A stretch of DNA of 64,000 bases from a virus: positions 1 through 64,000 of the IMG/VR virus record IMGVR_UViG_3300025860_000003. One strand, 5' to 3'. Of the stretch, positions 54,747 through 63,953 are shown in pieces. The notes below the pieces were generated by a model that saw nothing but the letters and a program-made list of their open reading frames with translations, had not been told where the DNA came from and ran no database searches. The position numbers and the translations under genes are program-made. How positions within the stretch are numbered: the first letter of the stretch is position 1; each line of letters begins with the position of its first letter.

Positions 54747-54839
54747 TTACGTTAGGCTGAAAAGACAATAACTCATAACAGCATATGCAGTCACTTGAAA
54801 TGCCCAACAACCCACGCATTCGGCTTTTGACCTTAACAT
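54747..54839 (-). CDS. 30-aa hydrophobic peptide
   Basis: MLRSKAECVGCWAFQVTAYAVMSYCLFSLT*, GAGGAG RBS, follows hsp20. Confidence 0.5.
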   Translation of the reverse strand: MLRSKAECVGCWAFQVTAYAVMSYCLFSLT

Positions 54840-54858
54840 GGGGATTTCTCCTCGAAAA

Positions 54859-55275
54859 TTAGTTTATATTAATTTTTCGAGGACGCTTCTCTTCTGGTAA
54901 ATTGACCTTTAGATTTACTACAAGGATTCCTTTATCTAGAGTTGCTCCAACTACTTCGACATACTCGGACAGTCGAAAAGTTCTTTGGAACCTTTTTGTG
55001 GAAATACCTTTGTGTAGATACTCACACGATTCATCGTGGTATTGATCGCCCACGATATTCAAAGTTCTTTCATCTTGTTCAATAGATAGATCCTTCATAT
55101 CGAAACCCGCGACCGCAACCTCAATCACATATTCATGCTCGCTGATTTTAACAACGTTATGTGGTGGGTATGTATCCTTGGCGCTTCGAGTTACAAAGTC
55201 TAGTTCACTGAACAGGTGGTCAAATCCAACAAATGATGCGCGTGGGAAAAGACTCGGTGTTTTAATACTCGTCAT
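54859..55275 (-). CDS. small heat shock protein (Hsp20/IbpA-like)
   Basis: YPPHN, IEVAVAGF, YLHKGIS...FQRTF, GIL, PRKINI; AGGAG RBS before ATG 55275. Confidence 0.93.
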   Translation of the reverse strand: MTSIKTPSLFPRASFVGFDHLFSELDFVTRSAKDTYPPHNVVKISEHEYVIEVAVAGFDMKDLSIEQDERTLNIVGDQYHDESCEYLHKGISTKRFQRTFRLSEYVEVVGATLDKGILVVNLKVNLPEEKRPRKININ

Positions 55276-55336
55276 AATGCTCTCCTTTTTAAAGCAAGAT
55301 TGATAAGTGAACCCGATTATTCGGCATTCACTCACC
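55276..55336 (-). promoter_or_regulatory. structured 5' leader, ROSE-like RNA thermometer candidate
   Basis: 5' hairpin GAGUGAA...UUCACUU then UCUUGCU able to pair with AGGAG. Confidence 0.55.
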
Positions 55337-55344
55337 TATTTATA
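55337..55344 (-). promoter_or_regulatory. T4-type late promoter
   Basis: TATAAATA upstream of the hsp20 leader. Confidence 0.75.
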
Positions 55345-55899
55345 TCAACTGGCTATTGATTTCTCAATAAAGTCAATAATTTGTTGTGTATCTTCAGGGA
55401 CATTGTGAGCAAAGGTATGGACACATCCAGCTTCACCCATCAATATTTTCTCCCCAAACATATCTTCAATGTTAGCAACCTTAGTCACCCGTCCATTGAT
55501 AAACGTCTCAGACTGATCAGAACCTCTGTCCGCATAACGCTGTTGGCGTACTGCGTCATCTGTTTTCAGAACTATGATTGATAGATCATGTCCCGCTCTC
55601 TTCACAGCCTCGAAAAATTTAGAAGAAGTAAGCCGATCACCCTCGAACACAACGACAGGTGATGGCTCATTCCCCATATACTCTACTGCCATTGGCTGTA
55701 CTGCCATTGACAACTTATCAGTTCCCGCAAAGACTTCACCGTCTTCATACTTACCAAACAAGCGGATGTCGCCTGAAACATAACCATCAAGCAACTTAAC
55801 AGGAGTGTCTTTAGTCCATTCCCGCTTTGCCATCCACTGCCGCATGAGCGTTGTTTTGCCAGTTCCTGGAATACCAATGATACCAATCACTTTACTCAC
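55345..55899 (-). CDS. P-loop kinase, putative hydroxymethyl-pyrimidine DNA kinase
   Basis: GIPGTGKTT, GTDKLSM, FEGDRL; gene context. Confidence 0.75.
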   Translation of the reverse strand: MSKVIGIIGIPGTGKTTLMRQWMAKREWTKDTPVKLLDGYVSGDIRLFGKYEDGEVFAGTDKLSMAVQPMAVEYMGNEPSPVVVFEGDRLTSSKFFEAVKRAGHDLSIIVLKTDDAVRQQRYADRGSDQSETFINGRVTKVANIEDMFGEKILMGEAGCVHTFAHNVPEDTQQIIDFIEKSIAS

Positions 55900-57281
55900 G
55901 AGAAGAAACCCTCTAATGATGTTTGCGATTCAGCTTCTGGATGATATTGATTCAGCATATCAACTCCACCTTTATCTTTAAGGTAATCAAACCACTCATC
56001 TTCAGCCCACATACTTGGCGAAACGCCATTCCAAAAACTTTTCCATAGCTTATGATCTTTGTTTAATCTACGATCATCAACATACTGCTTTCGGAGAGAT
56101 TCATATTCCCACGAGCCAACATCAAGCATTTTCTCACGGAAGTAGCATACAAGCGAGATACGCTCCATGTCTTCAATAGAAGTTCCAGCAGGTGGCTTCA
56201 GCTCAGTGTTGCCGTGTATGCCGCCATGGTTGTTGATCAATAACAGATCTCCAGGACGGATGTTAATGCCAACACGAAACTCTGGAAGAACAAGATAACC
56301 ACCCTCCCAATTCTTTGCTTTAGCAACAACAGTTAGATTAGAGAAACCTTCATTCAAGTCGCCAGCATCTCGGTGACATGCGGTGCGGAAGTTCTTATTC
56401 ACAGTAACTGTAGTGAACGGAGTATCTTCGCCCGCAACACGGAAGCGTGGATCTAGTTTAGCGGCAGCTTCATTCTGAATACCATATCGAATAGGCAAGT
56501 GTTCTTTAAACTTAGCGGACAACTGACGCATGAAAGGATAGCACTTCTCATATACGCTGTAGTTGTTCTCAGTGTACGCAGTCGCTCGACCATATGGGAT
56601 GCGAGGATAGCGATCAAAGAAACCAGCAATACCTGACAACACCATGTTAGCATATGTTGTCTCAGAGATATAGTTCTTCTGTGTTGCCTTTGCGTCTTTC
56701 TGAGAATCTTCGGCAGACATACCTTTCCACTCTTCAACCTTATCACTGAAGAACGATTCATAGTTGTAGCCATTGTCGGTAATCTTAGAACGGATCCAGA
56801 CAATACCACGTGACTCACTCTCAGCAGCCACAGCGTGTCTAGCTTTGATTCTTTCTACTGGATCAGTGTCGTCCTCAAACAAAGTAACTTCACGTTCAGC
56901 AAAGTGCTTCATAATGTCTAACTGTTCTTCAGTAACCCAATCACGACCGCCTTGCTTTGCTCCTTTTGGACCAGCAGCTAGACCACGATTCTGTGTGGGT
57001 AATGCCGCACCAAGTAATCCCTCATATGCGCCATGTTGTTGTTCTTCAGTGAATACGTTTTTACGAAACTTGAAGATAATGTTGTCTTCGTTATTCTCTC
57101 CACCAAAGCCAGCAGGAGCATAGAAGTCAGTGTTCTCCTCACAGATAAAGTCCCAGTCAGTATCTTCCATATACTTGCCGAGTTTGTCTTCGCAATTATC
57201 CCAAAATTTAGCGGTAACAGTTCTGACTCCAGTTCTGTTATCTACACTCACATCATATCTTTCGTTTATCACGCCAATCAT
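55896..57281 (-). CDS. TET/JBP-family 2OG-Fe(II) dioxygenase
   Basis: FTTVTVNKNFRTACHRDAGD (HxD), GGYLVLPE, GDLLL, HGNT, RISLVCYFR. Confidence 0.82.
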   Translation of the reverse strand: MIGVINERYDVSVDNRTGVRTVTAKFWDNCEDKLGKYMEDTDWDFICEENTDFYAPAGFGGENNEDNIIFKFRKNVFTEEQQHGAYEGLLGAALPTQNRGLAAGPKGAKQGGRDWVTEEQLDIMKHFAEREVTLFEDDTDPVERIKARHAVAAESESRGIVWIRSKITDNGYNYESFFSDKVEEWKGMSAEDSQKDAKATQKNYISETTYANMVLSGIAGFFDRYPRIPYGRATAYTENNYSVYEKCYPFMRQLSAKFKEHLPIRYGIQNEAAAKLDPRFRVAGEDTPFTTVTVNKNFRTACHRDAGDLNEGFSNLTVVAKAKNWEGGYLVLPEFRVGINIRPGDLLLINNHGGIHGNTELKPPAGTSIEDMERISLVCYFREKMLDVGSWEYESLRKQYVDDRRLNKDHKLWKSFWNGVSPSMWAEDEWFDYLKDKGGVDMLNQYHPEAESQTSLEGFFS

Positions 57282-58288
57282 ATCATAAATCTCTCTAGAC
57301 CGATATCGGTCATCTCATTTGTAAATGTATTCATATGGTCAATTTTCCCAGTATCTAGGAAGAGTTCCATTTTACCCTTATTCACTGAATTTGTCAAGTA
57401 TTCATTTCGTAGTGTTTCTTTCCTAGCATCCCACATAGGAGTCCAGTCTATACCAACCCACTCATCGCACTCGACTTTCTTTATTTCCTCAGCCTGTCTA
57501 TCTATATAATATCCGAGATAGCGTCCTCTGCTCTTGCGGAATAACTTCTTGAATGAGCACAGCGCAGTTTCCATAGCAAAGAAGTCAGCCTTGTGAGCCG
57601 AGTCAGGAAACGCAGTCTTGACCTCAGCCAACATATCCGCACCCTCATCTTCCATCCACTGTATTTGATCAGCAGTCAACTTAGTGCTCACCCAGTCATC
57701 TTTACCCAGAGCATAACATAAACCGTTGCGGTGGGATTTAGATCCTGAGTAGTCATGTAACCATAGGTTTGGAACATCAACATTCAAGTCAGCACACTGC
57801 TTCAGAGTCTGTATATAGAACCAAGAAGTGTAACGACCAAACTTATGTAGAGAGTTGACAGCTTCCCACACATTAGCAAAGTTCTCATATTTATCACCAT
57901 TACATAACTCGGCAAACGCTTGAGCTTGAGTTCTATCACCAACCCATGCTTTGTATGATTCAAACTGATCCGCTAGATGACCTTTGTTCCACTTAGTGTC
58001 AGTCTGATAACGTAGTCTTGAATAGTTTTCGTTGTTCCATTCTCTCAGACGATCTACACCAACCAGCTCCATATCAGGAAACTCATTCCAGATAAGATAT
58101 GCTGTAGGGAAGTTGTATGTCGTACCATATAACCAACACAACCAAAGGCGCTGCTCTATATTATACTCAAACCGATCAAAGAAATAGTTTGTGATGTATA
58201 GCGCAGAGTCACAATCTTCTATCTCAAGACCCCACCCAAACCAATTGATGAATGCTTGCTTACGATGTTCACTTAGTCGATAATCCAT
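57278..58288 (-). CDS. aGPT-Pplase family amino-acid/amine:DNA transferase (HhH-glycosylase-like fold)
   Basis: QRLWLCWLYG, FGRYTSWFY HhH-like turn, ETALCSFKK, YLGYYIDR; context with kinase. Confidence 0.7.
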   Translation of the reverse strand: MDYRLSEHRKQAFINWFGWGLEIEDCDSALYITNYFFDRFEYNIEQRLWLCWLYGTTYNFPTAYLIWNEFPDMELVGVDRLREWNNENYSRLRYQTDTKWNKGHLADQFESYKAWVGDRTQAQAFAELCNGDKYENFANVWEAVNSLHKFGRYTSWFYIQTLKQCADLNVDVPNLWLHDYSGSKSHRNGLCYALGKDDWVSTKLTADQIQWMEDEGADMLAEVKTAFPDSAHKADFFAMETALCSFKKLFRKSRGRYLGYYIDRQAEEIKKVECDEWVGIDWTPMWDARKETLRNEYLTNSVNKGKMELFLDTGKIDHMNTFTNEMTDIGLERFMI

Positions 58289-58941
58289 TAAAAGAAACCC
58301 TCTAGAGTATTTGGCTCATCACCTATCAATTTATCACGCATCCAATATTCGCCTACAGCAGCAATTGCTTCTTCTACAGTAGCGGTCTTTTTCTTACCAA
58401 AGCCATGTGATTCAAGCGACTCATTTGTAAGCTGCTTCACAACCTTAGCGTCAGTGGGTGTGGCTAGATGAGGCATCTTAATTGCGGTAGCTCTGAACAT
58501 CCGTTGTTCTCTCGCAGAGGCAAATAGTGGCTGGTCAGATCGTAACGAGCCTGTCGGATCAACTGCCCAGAATACTAGACCATTTCTCTTATGCCAAGTA
58601 ACTGATGATGGAGTACATGACAACTTCAATCGAGTCATACCATTATCGCAAGCATCAGCCATAACCTGTTCCCAGATAATTGTAGCGTAACCTTTACCCT
58701 CTTGCCCTTGGCGAGTTACGATCTCATATAGATTGATGTATCGTGATCTCTGACTATATGTAGCGAATACAAAGGCAACCAACTCACCATCCACTTCCAA
58801 AGCAAACGGCGGATTCTTATCATAGTTCTTGAATCGAAACCAAAGGCTGTGTGAAGAGTTGAGAAACTTAGTGTTTCTACCCTCTGGGGAGTCCTCTATG
58901 ACTGCCTCCACCATCTCTTGTGTACAACGTACTAACTGCAT
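58288..58941 (-). CDS. GNAT acetyltransferase
   Basis: LYEIVTRQGQEGKGYA acetyl-CoA binding motif A. Confidence 0.75.
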   Translation of the reverse strand: MQLVRCTQEMVEAVIEDSPEGRNTKFLNSSHSLWFRFKNYDKNPPFALEVDGELVAFVFATYSQRSRYINLYEIVTRQGQEGKGYATIIWEQVMADACDNGMTRLKLSCTPSSVTWHKRNGLVFWAVDPTGSLRSDQPLFASAREQRMFRATAIKMPHLATPTDAKVVKQLTNESLESHGFGKKKTATVEEAIAAVGEYWMRDKLIGDEPNTLEGFF

Positions 58942-59624
58942 TGTAGATCCCTCACTAAAGCGCCGCCACGTATTTTTTTTCCGACACTTAGCTCACCATT
59001 GTAAATATAAGACTGGTACATACCGCATTGTGTTGTATCGCCGCAGCCGCTTCGATTCAGGATATCTTTGGTTGACGCAAACACTACACCATTGCTTCTG
59101 GCACTATACCATAATGGTCTTGCTTCGTTTCTAAACGCAGATAATGTTTTGTCTTTGGTGATACTACAAACTGCCATACTAGCAGGAGAGAAGTCATTGA
59201 GTGGATGTCTATTGGCTTCAAAGGACTTCAATATGAGCTCACTATCATTTGCTGTCTCGGTGTCATACTTCCATTGGCTCATATCTTCTTGCGAGATAAC
59301 GCCGTTATGGACTATGCTTTGATTGCCGTTAGAGAATGGTTGGTTGTAACGCAAGTCAGAAGTGGAGTAGCGGATATGACCAATAAGGTATATTCCACCA
59401 TCCTCATTGACCATACTGCTGATGGGGTATCTCTCTAGAAATTGGTCGCAAGGAATCCCTTCCTTAATGGTGTGAATTTCGCCATTCTTGATATAAGAGA
59501 CTCCAGTCGCATGCTTGCCTCTTATCATTGACTGTTGGAAGACATTCTCGACTAGACGGATATTCTCCAAAGAGTCGCGACTCACTGTCGACCTTTCCAA
59601 CCATACACCTATCACACCACACAT
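58932..59624 (-). CDS. stand-alone class II glutamine amidotransferase (Ntn hydrolase)
   Basis: MCGVIG (Cys2), RGKHATG, GHIRYST, NQP, HNG, NDSE, RPL. Confidence 0.88.
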   Translation of the reverse strand: MCGVIGVWLERSTVSRDSLENIRLVENVFQQSMIRGKHATGVSYIKNGEIHTIKEGIPCDQFLERYPISSMVNEDGGIYLIGHIRYSTSDLRYNQPFSNGNQSIVHNGVISQEDMSQWKYDTETANDSELILKSFEANRHPLNDFSPASMAVCSITKDKTLSAFRNEARPLWYSARSNGVVFASTKDILNRSGCGDTTQCGMYQSYIYNGELSVGKKIRGGALVRDLQCS

Positions 59625-59653
59625 AATATACCCTGAATTAGTTGATTTCAGTT

Positions 59654-59682
59654 ATTATACACTACTTCACCAGATTAATCAA
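59654..59682 (-). promoter_or_regulatory. sigma70-type promoter for the modification operon
   Basis: TTGATT-17 nt-TATAAT. Confidence 0.65.
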
Positions 59683-60195
59683 GTATTTTTTTCGCAATTT
59701 GTCTAGCCTTTTCTTTTCTTTCCTAGCTCTGTCTACTTGGACAGATGAAGCTCTGCTGGTGAAGTTTATACCAATAAGGTAATCGTTCGCTTGCTGAAAA
59801 TACTTCGCCATGAACTCATTAAGTTTGTGTGTGTCAACGTTACCGTCAGCAGCGGCATATCTTGCTCTAATATACGATGGACGCTTCACCTTAATGAACA
59901 GCCCATTATATGTAACACATCCCTCTTCTTCATTTATTGTCTCTTCCGATTCCCACACGATAGTTGGGTTGAATACGGTGATGATATTATTAGGATCATC
60001 AGGATTCCCGACAACAAAAACCGAAAGGTTGATTCCACACTGATTAGCCGACAGCGCATAGGCACGATTAGCTATCATCGTTTCTTTAAGGTTCTCTGCC
60101 AACTCAACTGGATCCATCTGTGGATTGTCGAAGTCAAACTTCACTGTTGCTCTGCGCAAACCAATATGGTCTAACGACATCAAATTATATATCAT
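59662..60195 (-). CDS. peptide deformylase homolog lacking the HExxH metal site
   Basis: ALSANQCG, FNP, EEGCVT, VKRP match PDF; QHExDHLxG appears as QQANDYLIG. Confidence 0.8.
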   Translation of the reverse strand: MIYNLMSLDHIGLRRATVKFDFDNPQMDPVELAENLKETMIANRAYALSANQCGINLSVFVVGNPDDPNNIITVFNPTIVWESEETINEEEGCVTYNGLFIKVKRPSYIRARYAAADGNVDTHKLNEFMAKYFQQANDYLIGINFTSRASSVQVDRARKEKKRLDKLRKKYLINLVK

Positions 60196-61907
60196 GGTGC
60201 TATCCTGCTAAACGATTTAACTTTCTCAAAACGGATCTGGCTGCGGAATTTATCAGTCAGAACGTCACCCTTGGTATGTGTAATGATAAAGACATTAGTG
60301 TCAGACATATCATTCAATAACTTTGTCAACTCATCAGTACCTGTAATGTCAAGAGAGTTATCAAACACTTCATCGAGTATCAGTAGGTTTGTGTTTGTTG
60401 AATTCTTCAGCTTTGCAATGGCTCGCCATGTAAGTAGTAAGGCGATATCAATACGAGTCTTTTCTCCCTCAGAGAAACTAGCATAAGAAAACTCATCACG
60501 ATGGCGACTTTTAATAATTTCATTGAATTCCTCATCAAGTTCAAAGTTCACAAAGAAGTCTAATGCTGACAAGTATTTGTTCACCAGCTTATTCATAATA
60601 GGGACATACTGCTTGATGATCTTTGACTTAATGCCGCCATCTTTAAGCATAGTAGATGCGATCTCAAACAATGCCTTATCTTCTGACAATGCGCTGGCTT
60701 GTTTACTATACACCCCCAAGTCTGTCTTGTAGCTATCCAGTTTAATGGTCGCATCGCTGTCTACAGTAGATTGCTGCTCGGCAGTTTGAATCTTCTGCTC
60801 AACACCTTTGATCTGATCACCATACAAACTAATTTGCGTTTGACAATCACGTATCTTATTCTGAGCATCTTGTATCTCATACTGTATAGTATTCATCTGA
60901 CTCAGCTCTTCATGCAGCTCATCATACTCAACCTTCAATTGGCTTATAGCGTCTTGCGTTGTATGCAGTATCTCAGCGGTCTTGTCGATCTTCTGCTTCT
61001 TAACTTGCATGTCAATGATCTGTTCGCAGGTCGGGCAATTATCGTTGTTGTCATAGAACTTGATGCGCTTCTCAGCTTTCGACGACTTATCATGTAGCTT
61101 ATCTAAGAGCGTTGACATCTTATTTGACTTAGCTTCAGACTTTCCTTTATGAGAGATTGAGTCAATCAGAGTATCAGCTGTCATAGTAAGCGCAATACAA
61201 AGGTTGTCAGCATCCTGCTTTGACTCAACATATCCCTGAGCCTCATCCTTTAGCGAGACAATCAGCTTATTGGCGTCCGAAGTAACCTGTCGAAGATATT
61301 CCTTTTGTACATCTATCTTCTCTTGAGTTATATCAAGTTGATAATTGACTTCAGCGATATTCCGTTTGTTCTCAGAAACTCTTTCTTTCAACAAGAGATT
61401 CATAGTGGAGAATATCTGGATATCAAGCAAGTCCTCAATAACCTCTCTACGATCACGTGTAGATAACTGCATGAACGGAGTGAAGGATGCGTTGCCTAGA
61501 ATAACGATCTGAGTGAACGATTTATAATTCAGCTTGAGGATAGTGTTCTCTAGAATAAGCTGATAGTCTCTGGCATTTCCAGGTTGGTCAACCAACTTAC
61601 CATTTTTGTATATCTCGAAGAATGCAGGCTTCATACCTCTACGAACCTTATACTCAACGGTTCCTACATTGAACTCAATCTCAACCACACATCCCTTTTC
61701 GTTGATACTATTACAGAGCAACGCCTTATTGATCTTGCGGAAAGGTTTGTTGAATAGACCAAAGACGAGAGCGTCTAATATGGTAGATTTACCCGCACCA
61801 TTTTCGCCTGTAATGACCGTGCTCGGAGACCGATTAAGCTGGATCTCTGTAGCCACATTACCTGTGCTCAGGAAATTCTTGTAGGATAACTTCTTGAATA
61901 GTATCAT
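60192..61907 (-). CDS. recombination endonuclease ATPase subunit (gp46, Rad50-like)
   Basis: GENGAGKS, CPTC zinc hook, FSEGEK signature, LILDEVFD, ITH. Confidence 0.95.
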   Translation of the reverse strand: MILFKKLSYKNFLSTGNVATEIQLNRSPSTVITGENGAGKSTILDALVFGLFNKPFRKINKALLCNSINEKGCVVEIEFNVGTVEYKVRRGMKPAFFEIYKNGKLVDQPGNARDYQLILENTILKLNYKSFTQIVILGNASFTPFMQLSTRDRREVIEDLLDIQIFSTMNLLLKERVSENKRNIAEVNYQLDITQEKIDVQKEYLRQVTSDANKLIVSLKDEAQGYVESKQDADNLCIALTMTADTLIDSISHKGKSEAKSNKMSTLLDKLHDKSSKAEKRIKFYDNNDNCPTCEQIIDMQVKKQKIDKTAEILHTTQDAISQLKVEYDELHEELSQMNTIQYEIQDAQNKIRDCQTQISLYGDQIKGVEQKIQTAEQQSTVDSDATIKLDSYKTDLGVYSKQASALSEDKALFEIASTMLKDGGIKSKIIKQYVPIMNKLVNKYLSALDFFVNFELDEEFNEIIKSRHRDEFSYASFSEGEKTRIDIALLLTWRAIAKLKNSTNTNLLILDEVFDNSLDITGTDELTKLLNDMSDTNVFIITHTKGDVLTDKFRSQIRFEKVKSFSRIAP

Positions 61908-61917
61908 AATTTACAGT

Positions 61918-62976
61918 TTACTCTATTGTGAGGGATTCATTATATAACGAACGGAGCAAAGAGTCAAGCCTTTCTTTGGGTACGTTGTCAGATAAGCCTC
62001 CGACATACTTGGAGAGTATCGTCATAGTGTCCTCAGCCTCATTCACTATATCCTCATCGTCCTCTAGATTCAGGTTCATATGATCATCTACGATCTGGAT
62101 ATTGAGCGGATCAGACTTATACAGCTTGTCAATGAATAGATCAAACCAGTATGGATTGTCACACTTCTGTTTAATCACCTTGACATAGGTGTTCTTGAAC
62201 CCGTCAAAGTCTACATCAAGAAGATCTTCCATCGTCTTGCCGTCTTCATTATAGAACACTTTATGGAACATAGAGTATGGATTGCGTACAAACTCAAGCT
62301 CTCGCTTATCAGTATCGTAGATATGGAAGCCTTTAGTATCGCCATAATCAGCCCATGTAAGCTCATAGGGACAGCCGAGATACTCGATATTGTTTGTAGT
62401 TGACTTATGGTGGAAGTGACCAGAACATACAAGCTCAAACTTAGAGAAGTCCGCAATCTTCATACCATGCTCGTTCATGTTACCGCGATCCATCAGACAG
62501 CCAGCAATCTCTAGGTGACCAAACAACACTTGAGCTGGGGTGTCTTTCATAGACTGAATCGCAGCGGCATAGTTTTGATTGTTTATCCAAGGCATGATAT
62601 GAATGTCATGACCATCAAACTTCAGGTCAGTAGGCTCTGAGTAATAGTTCACATTAGACTTATCAAACAGCTCCCGCATGGAGTTCACATCATTAGTGTT
62701 TTTATATGGAACGTCATGATTGCCGACTATAACGTGTAACTCAATACCCTCTTCAGTACACTTATCAATGAACATCTCCTTCATTCTACGGAGAGTTACA
62801 TAGTTGATATACTTGCGTCGATCGACAATATCACCCAGATGGATGATTGTATCAATACCCTGCTCCTTCAGGTGAGGAAAGAAGTGTTTGCTGTAAAACT
62901 TCTCAAAGTAGTCTAAGAAGTTTACGCTGTCATTACGAATACCGAAGTGTGTGTCGGTTACTAATCCAATTTTCAT
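61918..62976 (-). CDS. recombination endonuclease nuclease subunit (gp47, Mre11-like)
   Basis: DTHFG, LGD, GNHD, GHFH phosphoesterase motifs. Confidence 0.95.
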   Translation of the reverse strand: MKIGLVTDTHFGIRNDSVNFLDYFEKFYSKHFFPHLKEQGIDTIIHLGDIVDRRKYINYVTLRRMKEMFIDKCTEEGIELHVIVGNHDVPYKNTNDVNSMRELFDKSNVNYYSEPTDLKFDGHDIHIMPWINNQNYAAAIQSMKDTPAQVLFGHLEIAGCLMDRGNMNEHGMKIADFSKFELVCSGHFHHKSTTNNIEYLGCPYELTWADYGDTKGFHIYDTDKRELEFVRNPYSMFHKVFYNEDGKTMEDLLDVDFDGFKNTYVKVIKQKCDNPYWFDLFIDKLYKSDPLNIQIVDDHMNLNLEDDEDIVNEAEDTMTILSKYVGGLSDNVPKERLDSLLRSLYNESLTIE

Positions 62977-63536
62977 TGCTGAAGTTTGCCCTCTTCCGTT
63001 TCTTTCTTCTTCTTGATCTTTCTTCGCTTATTTTCTTCGAAGTCCTCAACAAACCTCGCCATGTAGTCTTCAGTCCACTCGCCATACTTAACGTTGTCAT
63101 TGTAGTCATTACCAGAATCATGACCTTGAGTGTCCGCAGTATCACCCAACACATTAGTGTGCTCAGAGAACTTAATCTTCACATACAGGTTCTTTTTCTC
63201 TTTCTGTATTCTACGGAGGAACGCATAGTAGATGATCTGTGTGAAATACGCAAATGGGTTGTTCGACTTCTCAGGGTTGAAGTTGTCAATATATTGTAGG
63301 CAGTTCTCGATACCATCACAGACCATCTCATCTCGAAAGGTGTAGTTGATGAAGTTTGGTTTGTATGATAGGTGAGTCGCTATCTTCATAATGCAGTCAG
63401 CAATATAGTTCGAGACGATAGGTCTTGGTGCACCACTTTCCTTTGCGTCTATGACGCTCTGACGGAACTCAGTCATAGCCCCCAAGAACTTCTTGTTATC
63501 AACATAGTATGGCTTCTTCTTTGCTGCTTTTGACAT
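62973..63536 (-). CDS. late sigma factor (gp55-like)
   Basis: YVDNKKFL, NFINYT, DGIENC, NPFAYFTQIIYYAFLRRIQKEK. Confidence 0.93.
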   Translation of the reverse strand: MSKAAKKKPYYVDNKKFLGAMTEFRQSVIDAKESGAPRPIVSNYIADCIMKIATHLSYKPNFINYTFRDEMVCDGIENCLQYIDNFNPEKSNNPFAYFTQIIYYAFLRRIQKEKKNLYVKIKFSEHTNVLGDTADTQGHDSGNDYNDNVKYGEWTEDYMARFVEDFEENKRRKIKKKKETEEGKLQQ

Positions 63537-63545
63537 AATATAATC

Positions 63546-63953
63546 CTAATGCATCGTTGTATTAGCTGTTGATTCTGATTGAGCCACGACTTTAGCATAC
63601 ACTTCCTGTATCTGTCTATCGGTCATCTGTTCTTCATCATCAGAAGAGAAAAATGAAGCAGAGCTATCACTTTCCATTGAATCATTTATTGTTTCTAGAC
63701 ATCTATTATAATACGTTATCATGTCCTCGTCAACCTCTGATTTCAACATAATTGCGCTTTGCTTTATGTGAAACAGATTCACTTCTTTAGTCAACGGAAC
63801 CCATATTGTACAGATGCAAATAGGCGAAGCATCCTTTCTGGTGTGTACAGTTATCTGTACTGGGTCGATGATATGAAGATGCGTTTCGTCTTCAAATGTA
63901 ACTTCAGTAAGAAGCGTCTCTCCATTGATTAGCTTAACAATCTCAATGCTCAT
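63546..63953 (-). CDS. conserved hypothetical protein (Sm-like N-terminus)
   Basis: IVKLINGETLL...P...W.P pattern, upstream of gp55. Confidence 0.65.
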   Translation of the reverse strand: MSIEIVKLINGETLLTEVTFEDETHLHIIDPVQITVHTRKDASPICICTIWVPLTKEVNLFHIKQSAIMLKSEVDEDMITYYNRCLETINDSMESDSSASFFSSDDEEQMTDRQIQEVYAKVVAQSESTANTTMH

